Positions 41,281 through 53,353 of a stretch of DNA of 64,000 nucleotides are shown in pieces. The position numbers were made by a program, and so were the translations under genes. The DNA lies in NCBI GenBank assembly GCA_050084515.1, contig CM114271.1, positions 22,692,001 to 22,756,000 on the forward strand, given 5' to 3'. Below the pieces are notes generated by a model, which was given only the letters and a program-made list of their open reading frames with translations, was not told the origin of the DNA and made no database searches. Source of the stretch: Blasia pusilla. Its lineage: Eukaryota. Positions within the stretch are counted from its first letter, which is position 1. Each line of letters begins with the position of its first letter.

Positions 41281-43290
41281 TGGGGAAGAAACTCTATCCA
41301 TGGGGTTTATCAATTTCTTTCCATTGCATGGATAATCTTGATCTCCAAATCCATATAACTTACCATTTGAAAGAATTTTGATAGATTATTTCCAACCTTC
41401 TCACCCAACTCTATACCTACGGTGAGAACCATGTTTTCCTTTGTAATCCTCTTGCATGAAATTTTTGCGACGGGCATCACCATCCCTTCCATCCCCCAAG
41501 ACAAGACTAATAGCTACTCAACAATAATCATCCCACATAACTTCATACTCTTCCCAATGCTCTTGAATCCAATTTGCAGTGAACTTATTATAGGTTGCAA
41601 TAACAAATAGTACCAATTTGGGCATATATTCATGTAAGGGATTCACAATGATTACTCTAGGATACTGCCCTTTTGTGTACTCCCCAAAATTACTTACAAT
41701 CGTTTCATATCCTTCATTACGATCCCCAACAGGTATTTCTAGTCTAAAAAAGAATTTGTGTTATTTTGGTTGCCAAAAAAAAAAACACCAATCTAAGTGT
41801 CATATTTGGCCTCGCATTTAACAATTTTTTTGTTGATATGTAGTTCCGTAATTGCGAATATGTAGTTTTTGAATTGAATATATAGTTTAGTCAAACACAC
41901 GCATAATGAAAAGGTATAGCATTCCACATTTGCACATATCGTGGCCTTTCTTGAATTTGTTTCATTCTCAGCAAACATGATTGATACATCTCCCTCGATG
42001 CCAAAGACTTGCCTTGATTTAGCTAATACTCTGGCTACTTCCTTGAATATTTCACATCTTAGTGCACCTCGAAAAGGAGGGAGTTTAGCCCAATCACCCT
42101 TAAGAGTTTTAAGGCCTGACCCAACTACAGCTCCAAGTAAAATAACGAGCCCCTTATCGACCACCAAATTGCAACATTTCTTGAGCTATGGCCTTTTTTT
42201 GCTTGTTGTAACGGGCACCCTTAGCAGATCTTTGTAAGTTATGAGCTATATCTTGGAAAAAATCCCTCCTTCCCACCAAAAGCATCATTCCTATGCCCAT
42301 TCACTATATTCCTAAGAAAGGGTTTCAAATCCTTCCTATTTGCAACTACTCCAAACACTTCTTCTAATTTTTTTCTAGTACTTAGGGCACACACTTTTTG
42401 AGCTTGTTGTGCAAGAAGCCAACACTCTTTTCTGCGTATTGTGTTCAGATTGTGGACTTGTTCTCTCAGTTTATGGTCAGTCAAATAAGCCAAACTCAAT
42501 CCAATTTGTGTCTCCCTCTTTCTTCTGTGCACTAAAGCTTCTGCTTCCTTATAGACTCGACCACAAAATTCATCCTTACGCATAATAGAATAACACTTAT
42601 TGCAAATCAAATTCTTATATCCTCCTTTATTAAGTGACAACTTAAAATAAAATTTGTGTCTAAAAAAACCTTATATACTCACCACAATATGTGTAGATGG
42701 ATTGAAAATTTGCACAACAGAGATTAGCTCATAATACCACGTATTGCCTCCACGTTGGTCATCCAAGATGCCCTTCACATTCAGATTTAATCCTCCTTTC
42801 CACCTAGCCTTTTCATCCCATAAGCCCCAACAAAGCAAGCTATTTCCAAGATCAATCTTTGCCAACCAACGTGTGCATGTACAACTCCGTACTTGGGACG
42901 TATCCTCCTTGAAGAATTTCAAAATTGAATTTTGCGATGGATGTTTATCCCTTGGATCAAGCTTCTTGGACCTTCATCTTTTACTAGACCTCACCACAAT
43001 ATCCTTAAATATCTCTTTGGTCTCCAATGCGTCCAAATGATCACGGCTGACCAAGTATGTTCTTAAATTATGCTCCGAAGTCAATTTTCTAGGACACAAC
43101 TCAGTGTGCAAATTCCTACATATTGTATATCTCACCCTAAATATGAATGACTTATTTGCATACTCATAACTATTGGGAGATGGTACCACAAAGAATACTA
43201 AGTTGTCACCACTAGACTCCACATTCAACCACTGAACTATCTCTAAAGCAAATGCAATTGCTTCACCATGATTGAATGTTGATCTCTATG
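41281..43290 (-). pseudogene. Decayed DDE transposase-like gene, possibly P-element/THAP9-like
   Basis: Chain of minus-strand fragments: MFAENET (~41970), VIATYNKFTANWIQEHW (~41570), VLGDGRDGDARRKNFMQEDY (~41480), FGDQDYPxNGKKLINP (~41330). The spacing fits D...(S)DGD...DxxH(xx)K catalytic blocks. Confidence 0.5.
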
Positions 43291-43726
43291 GAAGAGAATC
43301 TAGAGTGACCAATCCAAAGGGCAAACCCCTTTTCCTACAGTGATTCTCTTGTGTATGTCACATGTAATATGCCTTGTTTTGAAATAGAAAATAAATTTGA
43401 AATAAGTTTGGGATTATGACAAGCATTGGGTTCACCATATCTAGCCCTACACTATAGACAATCCAAATGTCCAAATAGTCCCCTAATCCAATGTTCTGAC
43501 CTTCCAATCATGATCATTGTATCCCTCCTTGTCTACATGCTTTTGAGATCTCCTCTATCTATCTTTCCTTTGTTTATCAGTTGCTTCACACATTAGAACA
43601 AAAAGAAGCCCTCTTGAGGGAAGGGGCTGGCTATCCCTAAACAAGAGTAGATTGAGTATTATCTATAGCAACAAACACAACAATAATAGTAGAGTGGGAA
43701 GACATTTGTGTCACTCTTCTAGTAGG

Positions 43727-44969
43727 CAAGGTTATACTCAAACAAAGTCCATGTCCATGGATATATCTATGTCTATGGACTTATGTCCGTCCCTAGTACA
43801 AACATGTCTATGTGGGCTCGAGTACTCACAACCGGCACCTGAGCCTGTCTTGCCCGTAAGGGCTGCCATATAGACGCAGGCTCGGCTAGCTTGCACATAG
43901 TCTAGGAATCCGTTGCCCATTCTTGCAAACTTGTCTTATAGCTCGGACCAGCCCGCCCTAAGCTTGTAGTAGGCCCGCATAAGGCATGTGGCCAAGCCCA
44001 CATAAGGCTTGTAGGGTGGATTGGGCATGCCGTGGACCAGTGCGGGCTTAGGGCAAGCTAATTCGGGCTACGTGTGGGCCGATTTGTGGCTGCCTCCCTT
44101 AATCTGAGCTTGCACATATTCCCACATTTCGAGCCCATGCCCAAGAGGGGTAATCTAGTCTCAATGGGAAAATAACAAGTCAAACCATCCACTATTTCTA
44201 GTATGACTAAACTCTCATAAGGTGACAAGTCTCTCACCTCCACACACACCATATTCTAGAATCCTTTCGAAGACTAGACCATGATCAAGTTACTCTCCCA
44301 AGAGGGGTAATCCACTCTCATTGGAAGAGCAAGCAATCTCAAAGCCATCCACTGAAGAGTGACATGAGAAACTCAAGATGTGAAGTAGAAGGTGATGAAC
44401 CCTTGAAGATCCCTCCTCTTTATATACTCACAAGGGATCCACAAGAGTACGAAATAGGCCTAATCTTATCTTGTGCCACATGGCTTCTGCTCAAGGCTTA
44501 GCCAATCACATTTTGACACAAGTAGATTTCCTCTTATCTCTTCCAAAATATCTTCATTTATTCACTTCATATCTTCCAAACTACCCCAACTACCCTAGCC
44601 ACCAACCAAGACTACTTTTGTTTTTCTTTGATTAAAGCACCAACTCCGCTACTTTAGTTTTATAATCCCATCTTTTATTTATTACCTCTTTTCCTAAAGT
44701 TGGGCTTGCAGAAAAGAGGAACTATAAAAAGGTTTAAACATGGGAATTTCCTTTTCCTAAGATAATTTACTTAATACTAATAAAACTCTCTCTAACACTT
44801 AATGAGAGAGAAGTTTAAACATTGGGTGATTTTACTATATGACATCGGGTCTATGCTACAGGCTTGGTTGACTCATGGGCGGGCTCAGGTATCTGGGCCT
44901 GCATGAACACGTTCGTCCTAGGGATAGAAATAAGTCCGCAGACTTGGACTTTGTCCATATACAACCCTG
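43727..44969. mobile_element. hAT-like non-autonomous element with an internal insertion
   Basis: Left end CAAGGTTATACTCAAACAAAGTCC; right end GGACTTTGTCCATATACAACCCTG (inverted). The 8-bp flanks CTAGTAGG and CTAGCAAG match at 6/8, consistent with a decayed TSD. Confidence 0.6.
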
Positions 44970-45512
44970 CTAGCAAGACATCTATGTCATGGGATGCACG
45001 TGCATAAAAACATTTCATGCTTAGACCTTAAGGCAACCGTGATAAATCCTAGATTCTTAATCAGTTTGTGGAAATTTTGAAATTTCAAATTGCTAATAAT
45101 TGTTGTCCCTCATGTATGGAGACTCATGTGTCGACACGTGTCAAGCTTGTTTAGTCAAAATTGATATGTGTCTAGTTTTGAGGTCTTTGAAATGCAAGAT
45201 GGGTATCTCCAATAATACTAGCGATAAGAAAATAGCGTGAATGAAAGTAAAGATCCAACTTCCAACTATAAAACATTCTCAATTGATGTCTGATGAATAT
45301 AACCTCTTTTGAAAATTTTATTTTCAAGAAAATCCTTTACAATCTGTACTATTATTTGAGGGTAGCTTATTGATTTCCAAACAACTATCCACTTGACATA
45401 TTGTAGGAAAATATTTCCCATACTACCGCCAACAAGAAAATATTTCATGGGCAATAAGAAATTCAAGATATTGGTCGATCCTATATTGGGCCATGCTAGT
45501 GATGGTGATGCT

Positions 45513-48500
45513 TGTCGTAGGAAATGAATGATGTACAAGGTAGGGTGGTAATAGTGGCATTACTCTATCTCCATTCTTCTAAGAGGAGACTTAGCTTGTA
45601 TGGCTTTAGAGACCGAGACCCATCCCACAATGGCATGAAGGTTATTATGTGAGAAAACAAAAAGTGATGAAATCAGTCAAAACTTTACAAAACTTGGAGG
45701 TACAAAGTGGCCTAGTCCGTCCATGCGCTCAAAAAAGAGCTTTGATGGAACCGAAAATGGAGATAACTTGACATACGAGAATGTGCTATTGCTGCGGCTC
45801 CCGACTATTTCACTACTCGGGAAATTAGGGTTTTTTACCTATTTTTCTAAGTTTCCATTAATAGAATTTTTTTTCACTATCCACACCCTCTATTGCATCA
45901 GGGTGCCCCGCACCCTGATGCAATATAGGGTTAGATAATCCTAGTAACGCTACTCCATAAACCACCTAGGTCATATTACTATGACTCCTTCGAAGTCCAA
46001 GTCGGAACCATCAATCTAGGCTTGTCCTCATACAAGGGGGCCGATCAGATTAATGATGCTCAGAGAAGTGGATGTTGAGAATCCAACATCCCCCTCAATA
46101 TCCACTCTCATGTGGACTATTGTCTTGGACCAATGCCAAGACCCTTCAGATGTCGGTGAAGCTAATCTCTGCTCAAAGCTTTCGTGAAGATGTCACCACG
46201 GTTATCCTCTATCGGAAAATAGACTAACTTCAAAAGCTCTCTCTTGATCAACTCACAAAGAAAATGAAACTGGATCTCTATGTGTTTCGTACGAGCATGA
46301 AACACATGATTATGTGCTATGGAAATGCAACTTTGATTGTCACACCACATTACAGTAGCACTTTCTGGTGCTTTTCCTATGTCCATCTCAATCATACTGC
46401 TTCACAAAAAGCATAACAAGCCGCCTTGTACTCTGCCTTGGTAGAAGAAAGAGCCACCGTAGGTTGCTTCTTTCTAACCCATGACACCATACCTGATCTT
46501 GCCAAGAAGCAATAACCCGAAACTCATCTCCGAGAATCTGAATCTCCTACATAATCCGAGTCACAAAAGGCTATCATTTCCGTCCTTGCTCCATAGGTGA
46601 TGCCGTACTTGATAGTGCCTTTGATGTACTTCAACACATGTATCCCTGCCTTCCAATGGTTCTCACAAGGCTTAATTGAGAACCTACTCAACACTCCCAC
46701 AGCGAAGCTCATGTCTGGTCTAGTGTTGCACAAAAATATCAAACTGCCTACAAGCTTTCTGTACAACTTTTCATCTACCAATGGTGAAACATCCTCCATT
46801 GAGAGTTTCAACTCTACCTCCATTGACGAGACCACTACCTTACACTCGATCATTCCGAACGCTTTCAAGACTTCTCTAGCATACTTTTGCTGAGAGAGAA
46901 AAACATAATCTAATTGTTGCCAAATTTCTAGCCCTATAAAGTAGTGCAAAAGACCTAAATCTGACTTTTCAAACTCAGATTTCAACACTCCCTTTATTTC
47001 CTCTATTTTCTTACTGTGACCTCCTGTGATGATCAGATCATCCACATACAGGATTATCAATATTAACATCCCATCTTTGCAAAACACATACGAATTTGCT
47101 TCTTACGGACTCTTGATGAGACCCTTCTCTCGGAAGAATGTATCTATTCGTTGATACCATACCCTTGGGGCTTGCTTCAACCCATACAATGCTCGATGAA
47201 GCAAACACACTTTCTCTTCTGATCTGGGCGTCTCAAAACTTGGTGGTTGAGATACATACACCTCCTCCTTGAGACTCCCGTTCAAAAAGGCAGACTTCAC
47301 ATCATATTGGTATACATGCCAACGTCTTGTTCCTGCCACGGCTAGAACAATTCGAATGGTTGTCATCCTTGCAGTAGGAGCAAAAGTCTCATAGTAGTCA
47401 AAACCTTCAATATGTGGACATCCTTGTGCAACCAACCTTGTTTTGAATTTATCCAATGTACCGTCCGACTTGTACTTGGTCTTGTACACCGACTTGGTGC
47501 GTATTATCTTCTTGTCCTTTGGCTTCTCAACCAAAGTCCAAGTTTCATTTCTTTGAATAACATCCATCTCCATATGCATGGCCTCTCTCCATTGAGGATG
47601 AGAAAGGGCCTCATCCAAGCATGATGGCTCTTCCACCTTCAAGACCTCTGTCATCAAGGCGATGTTGACAAGATGTGCGAAAGCTCTATTCTCCTCCTCT
47701 AGTCTCTTAGATCTCCTTGGATGTGTAATAACTTCATTAATTGGTGGTAGATCCTAACCATCCTAGAGCTACTTTATCCACTTAGGATATAACGACCGTA
47801 ATGGAAGAGCATGTTCATCTTTGTAATCATCACCAAATTCTTCTTCTTGATGATTTGGTGTAAACATTGGTGGTGTGCTCTGATGGGTTGTCTCTTCGTT
47901 TGATGATAATGTGGACGGACCACTGATATCTGCCACTTGACGAGATTGTTCCTGGAATACCACATCACGACTCACAAGCATCTTCTTTGCCTCAGGAGAC
48001 CATAGGCGATAAGCTTTAGACTCATCACTATATCCCATAAAGATGCACTTCCTGCTCTTGGACTCTAACTTGGTCCTGGATGGTTCAGGAATATGTACAA
48101 AGCATTCACTACCAAAAGTCCTGAAATGTTGGAGTGATGGTACCTTACGTGAGTATGATTGATGAGGAGTCATGCCTTGCATTAACTTGGTAGCACTTCT
48201 ATTTAGAATGTAAACGACAGTATTAACAGCTTCAGCCCAAAATCCTTTTGTCAAACCTTTTGCTTTCATCATACATCTTGCCATCTCCATCACTGTACGG
48301 TTTTGACGCTCAACAATTCCATTTTGTTGTGGTGTATATGCTGTGGTTAACTGTTGCTTGATTCCATGCTCTCCCAAATATTTGTTGAATTTTGTTGATA
48401 AGAATCCTCCTCCTCCATGACTGCGAAGCTTCTGTACCTTCTTTCCTGTCTCATTCTCAACCAACTTGTGCCATACTTTAAATTTTCCAAAAGCACTTGC

Positions 48501-49240
48501 CTTATCATGAAGGAAATATACCCACATCTTCCTACTATAATCGTCGTCAACTAAAAAGAAGTAGGAAGAACCACCTAATGCCACTGTTCTCATTTTACCA
48601 CAGAGGTCAGCATGAATCAGCTCTAGAGGAGCCTTTGCTCTTTTGCTAGACTCTTGTGGAAATGGTTTTCGGTGTTGCTTGCCAATCATACAAGCTTCAC
48701 ATGTATCCGACACTTCATAAATTATTGGTAAATCACCAACCATGCTAGATTTCTGCATCTGACTTAGTAAGGGAAAGCTTAAGTGGCCAAATCTTTCATG
48801 CCACAACTTACTGCTACTAAGATCTGTACCTACATTTGTCGTGAAAGCATATAACTCGTAGATATTTCCATGTCGTATACCTTCACCCACTACTTTCCCA
48901 TTGACATCCTCAATAAGAGCTCCAGTTTTCTTGAAACAAACTTCTAAGTCATGATCATATAATACTGGTACTGAAAATCAAATTTTGCTTCAACTCTAGT
49001 ACGTACAATACATTTGTTAACTTATTTTCATCTCCTTTTTGTGTGACTAAAGAAATTGTGCCTTTTCCTTCTACATGGCACTTTGCATTATTCCCAACCG
49101 TAACAACGATGGGCTTTTATGGAGGCTGTAAGGAGCTATACCAATCCTTATGATTAGTCATATGCTTAGATGCTCCACTATTGAGCACTCATGCATCTTC
49201 ACTCTTTGACTTAGTGGAATGTTTTGCTCGTGTGCAAAAC
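45513..49240 (-). mobile_element. Ty1/Copia element, second family, 5'-truncated (PR-INT-RT-RH plus 3' LTR)
   Basis: Minus strand: *VLNSGASKHMT (~49170), LWHERFGH, LELIHADLCG, DDYSRKMW, TPQQNGIVERQNRT, KTRLVAQG, DVKSAFLNG, LYVDD, CDNQS...HARTKHIEI. PPT GAGGGGGA precedes LTR start TGTTGG at 46088. The distal LTR end (~45513) is uncertain, and no gag or 5' LTR was found. Confidence 0.9.
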
Positions 49241-49970
49241 TCTTCAATTGCTACCCAAGCATCAACCCTAAATGTGACAACGTCATTCAAGTGTGAGAGA
49301 AAAGAAATTTGGGAGCGTGTAGATTATAAAGGGGGTACAAGTGTAAACCTATATATAATTTCCACTGGACTCTTGAGGAAGATTGTGCTTTTTAACAAGT
49401 TCATAGTTAAGAGACAAAGTAACGTAAGATTAACTTCACAATTTTCTCATGAGTTGATGAGGACTCTTATTTTTGGGTGTGTCATAAAAAGGCTATTGCT
49501 AAAGGATATAACAAATATGCCTATTTTATAAATTCAATATTGTCATATGCACTATGTGAACTTTACGTGCATAAGGTTTGTTTAGCACAACCTAACTAGT
49601 CCCATATATTGTATGTAGTTGTGGTTCTTGACATATTGATGTTCACCCTTCATGATAGAGAAATGAACCATATTTTAGGCATTTATAGTATCTAGTCTAA
49701 ACAAGAAATGGTTACTCCAAGGACCAACTCTATTAGACCAATCCATAAGGATGGGCAAGGTCTAACATGCCCATATGTGTTTTATCCTTCAAACAAGGGT
49801 AAACTCATGGAGATTTTAGGCTCAAATATGGGAAGGTCATTAATTTTGATTTTGATTTTGGATGATAAGTTGCCATCAAGAGTGAAACCTCGTGTCGAGA
49901 AATTGATTGAGCTTTCTGAATTGGAAGGAAAGGTCGATGTGATTTTAGACCAGTCATCTATGCCTACTGG

Positions 49971-50839
49971 CAAGGTTGCACGAAAAACAGACATGCCCAA
50001 CGGGTCCCCTACCCGGGTTTTTTTCAATACTCCAATAGCAACTCCGCCAAACCCCATTCTAGAGGAGAGTATAGGATGTTTGTCAAGTATGAATAGGGAT
50101 GGAGCACGAGTTGTGCCCGATTTCCTTTCCTTAACTCGTACCACGTCAAGATTCTCTTTGTAGATGGGCACTGGTTTACTCGCTATCTAGTTTATCACTT
50201 TGGGAAAGCGTTTATGAACCAAGTCATGCAATCTCCAACTCCGGTGATTCTTCCTATAGTCACGTACGGAAGGATATGGGATTGTACTTTGTATGTCCTT
50301 ATATAGCAATCCATGGACGTCAATAGGTTTGCTCAAGTAGGGTTTTACACCAGTTGTGCTATTTTCGTTGTGTACAAACGTAAAATAGTTTATAGGGACT
50401 TCATAGTTAGGAATTTTGGAGTTCCATGTTATGAAGAAGTGATCGCCTCGGCACTACCATTCGTGATTCTTGTCGTGAGAGAATGGAGGATTTATATAAT
50501 AATTCTGTGTTGAAAAGGGAGAACTTCTTATAGAGTTTGACTTCCAGAAACCACATCTGCTGTAGCTAGAAGGTCCGTCCTTACTCGAAGAAAGATTCTC
50601 GACACGACATCGGGATGGCTAAGCCTGCACCGATTTTATGGTCCGCGCGTAGCGAAGTAGCCTGCTAGCCCGCGACACGCCCGTAGGGCATTCTGGGCTC
50701 TGAGCCCGCCCTACAGACCTAGTTGTGAGCCTGCAGCGGGTTGGTGCGGGCTCGGCCAGGCTGGGTCTACGCTACGGGCTCAGATGCGGGATGCGGGTCC
50801 CAAGTACTCGGGTGGCATGTCCGTTTCCGTGCAACCTTG
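49971..50839. mobile_element. hAT-like non-autonomous element (~870 bp) about 1 kb upstream of the GH71 gene
   Basis: TIRs CAAGGTTGCACGAAAAACAGACATGCC and GGCATGTCCGTTTCCGTGCAACCTTG. The 8-bp flanks CCTACTGG and CTTACAAG match at only 5/8. Confidence 0.65.
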
Positions 50840-51787
50840 CTTACAAGTATTAGATTAAATCAAGTAATGTTAAAAATATAATTTATATGAGTTGTAACAA
50901 GCTTGTAATCCTTGTTATCAATTTTTATCAATAAACTTACTCGAATCATTGAAAAAAATTATTAAATTCGACTTTCCTCTATATAGTCATTATAGAAGAA
51001 AATGAGAATGATATGACTAGCATGAGGGTAAAATTTTATGACTTGCTTTTCAAAATGTGTTTATCCAGAAAATTTCAAAAAGATAAGCTTAAATTTAGTA
51101 GTAATGAAGACTTTTAATTCAACTTTTTCCAGAAAAAAGGAGGAAAGGTCTATTTCTTAACCTAAAGCTAATGTTTATTTGGGCGCGGTAAGGACTGATC
51201 CGATCCTTCCTCCATAAAGTCATATTTGTAAGTCGGGTATCGTTTTGTGGCCAATGACGTTGAGATATTTTTTATTATATCAGAAAAGTATGAAACTATT
51301 ATGCTTTTCATTTTCTCGCGTCTTGTAGATTCATTAAAGATAGAATGAAATATTTTAAAATTAAATAGAATTGAATCAGAAATGAAGGGTCAAGAGCAAA
51401 GATGCACTTCGATAAAAACGAGTGATGGAAAACCCATCGGAAGTACAAAAGAGGGGGACTCAAAAAGTCAAAACCTGAAGGCCACAACACGACCAGAAAA
51501 GAAGGGTCAAGCATAACACAGTCGACTCGCTGTAAACGGGGCTTACTTGGAGTGCCATCGCACGGTCAGTATTTCTCCGGATACCTACGATCTTCCGCGA
51601 TCCTCTACGTTCCGCGGACGGCGCGGGCATAGTTCGTTACAGTGACGTGGTTCGAACTCAATACTTTTGAAAGTGTCGTCTTCACCACACAGTATGTCAG
51701 TGAGGGTCACTATCCGCTGCGCTTTCTCTATCCGATGGATCTTTTCTTCATGTTCTGCCCCGGTCGGGCCGAGGGTCGGGAACGCCC

Positions 51788-51795
51788 TATATATA
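51788..51795 (+). promoter_or_regulatory. Putative TATA box of the GH71 gene
   Basis: CCCTATATATAG about 100 bp upstream of ATG 51896, followed by a GA-rich leader. Confidence 0.6.
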
Positions 51796-51895
51796 GACCT
51801 ATGCTAGTCTCATTGTCTTCTCAAGACCTGAGGGAGTTTCACTGTCGTAGTGGGAGAGTACTCGCGGGAGGAGAGAAAGAGGAGGAGACGCAGTC

Positions 51896-53353
51896 ATGAA
51901 GGTCTTGTTCTTTGCAGCCGTGTGGCTGTGCGCCGCGATACTCAGTCACGAAGTATTATTCGCAGCTGCTCAGACCCCGAAGTTGGTGTTCGCTCACTAC
52001 CTCATCTATGCGCAAGATTCGATCGACACTTACAAGCAGGAAATTCAGCTTGCCCAAAGCAAGGGTATCGATGCATTCGCACTCAACACGAACGTGTGGA
52101 GACAGTCGCTGGCAGACAATATGTATGAGGCTGCCAGCGAGCTGGGCACCGGATTCAAGCTGTTCTTCTCGGCTGATATTCACGTGGAGGATAGCACGGG
52201 TCTTAGGCTTTCGCCAACTGATATCGTGACCATGCTTACGAGGTACAGAACGCACCCGAATCAGCTGACTTACCAAGGCAAGTCGTTCTTCACTTCGTGG
52301 CTCGGCAATGACAATGGCTACTGGCAGTACTACAACTACGCGAGCGCAGTTGCGGCTTGGCAAGATATTTTCAACCAAGCCGGTGGCAAGAGCCTGTACT
52401 TCTTCATTCCATTCTTCCCCACCGACGGATCCTACTACGGAGTGAAGGGCATCGTGTATGATACGTTTCAGTCCACCGTCGATGGATACTTTGGATGGGA
52501 CAGCACTGCATGGAACTACTTGAACGGTAATTTTAGCGTTCCTGGGATCTCGCCCGGGGATCAGGACTCTCTTCAAGTCTCCAAAGACTTGGGTAAGACT
52601 TATATGGCCGGTGTCAGTCCGTGGTTCTTCAAGAACCTTGGAGGCCAATCTTGCTGCGATTCCTCTTGCTTCGCAACGACCAGGGACGGCCAGAGTGCAT
52701 GTCCGTGCCAAGTGAAGGGGGACTACCAAGGCTCTGGCCTGTGGCTCCAGAAATGGGGTCAAATAATTAGCAACCCTCCCCCGTTGGTGGAGATTATCAC
52801 CTGGAATGACTGGATCGAGGGCCACTACGTCGCACCGGGGTATAGCGTGGGCGCTAGCCAGGCTTCCTCCAGTGGCGCGATAGTCGATGTTGCCAGTTTC
52901 CCTCATCAGGCATTCCTGGAGCTGGGCAAGTACTATATCGATTGGTACAAGAATGGTCAGGAGCCAATCGTGTCCCAGGATTGCTTGTTCCTATTCTACT
53001 ACCCACAGAGCCATAACGTCACGATCAGTAGCGTGCCTTGCGACATACTGCATCGCCCGCAGTTGGTCGATGATGCCGTTTATGCAGCGGTAATTCTCTC
53101 TCCGGGCCCTTCGGCCTCAATTACAATCAACACAGGTGGGCCTGGTGGCACGTCTCAGACCTTCACAGCCGTGCAGGGTGTCTCGGTGTTCGGCATCGGA
53201 TTTCAGGAAGGTGTTCAGTCCGTAACATATAGCCGAAACTCGCAGACTGTGACGCTTACAGGCGCAAAACTAGTCAGTAATACCGCCCTCACTGAATACG
53301 ACTTCAACGTTTACTCCACCTTCTGCTCTAATGTCGCTAATGGGTGCAGCTAG
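51896..53353 (+). CDS. Secreted glycoside hydrolase family 71 (alpha-1,3-glucanase/mutanase-like), 485 aa, intronless
   Basis: Signal-peptide-like N-terminus ending AAA-Q. GH71 motifs: VFAHY, EIQLAQSKGIDAFALN, FKLFFSAD, FFIPFF, VDGYFGWD, KTYMAGVSPWFF, VEIITWNDWIEGHY, YYIDWYKNG. C-terminal beta-rich domain ends YDFNVY. Confidence 0.92.
   Translation: MKVLFFAAVWLCAAILSHEVLFAAAQTPKLVFAHYLIYAQDSIDTYKQEIQLAQSKGIDAFALNTNVWRQSLADNMYEAASELGTGFKLFFSADIHVEDSTGLRLSPTDIVTMLTRYRTHPNQLTYQGKSFFTSWLGNDNGYWQYYNYASAVAAWQDIFNQAGGKSLYFFIPFFPTDGSYYGVKGIVYDTFQSTVDGYFGWDSTAWNYLNGNFSVPGISPGDQDSLQVSKDLGKTYMAGVSPWFFKNLGGQSCCDSSCFATTRDGQSACPCQVKGDYQGSGLWLQKWGQIISNPPPLVEIITWNDWIEGHYVAPGYSVGASQASSSGAIVDVASFPHQAFLELGKYYIDWYKNGQEPIVSQDCLFLFYYPQSHNVTISSVPCDILHRPQLVDDAVYAAVILSPGPSASITINTGGPGGTSQTFTAVQGVSVFGIGFQEGVQSVTYSRNSQTVTLTGAKLVSNTALTEYDFNVYSTFCSNVANGCS

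Noticed and set aside
49708-50171. 151-aa and 129-aa opposite-strand ORFs
   Set aside because: Both run across the MITE terminus at 49971, so they are unlikely to be real genes.
51956-52906. 316-aa antisense ORF
   Set aside because: Shadow frame of the GC-rich GH71 CDS, with no motifs.
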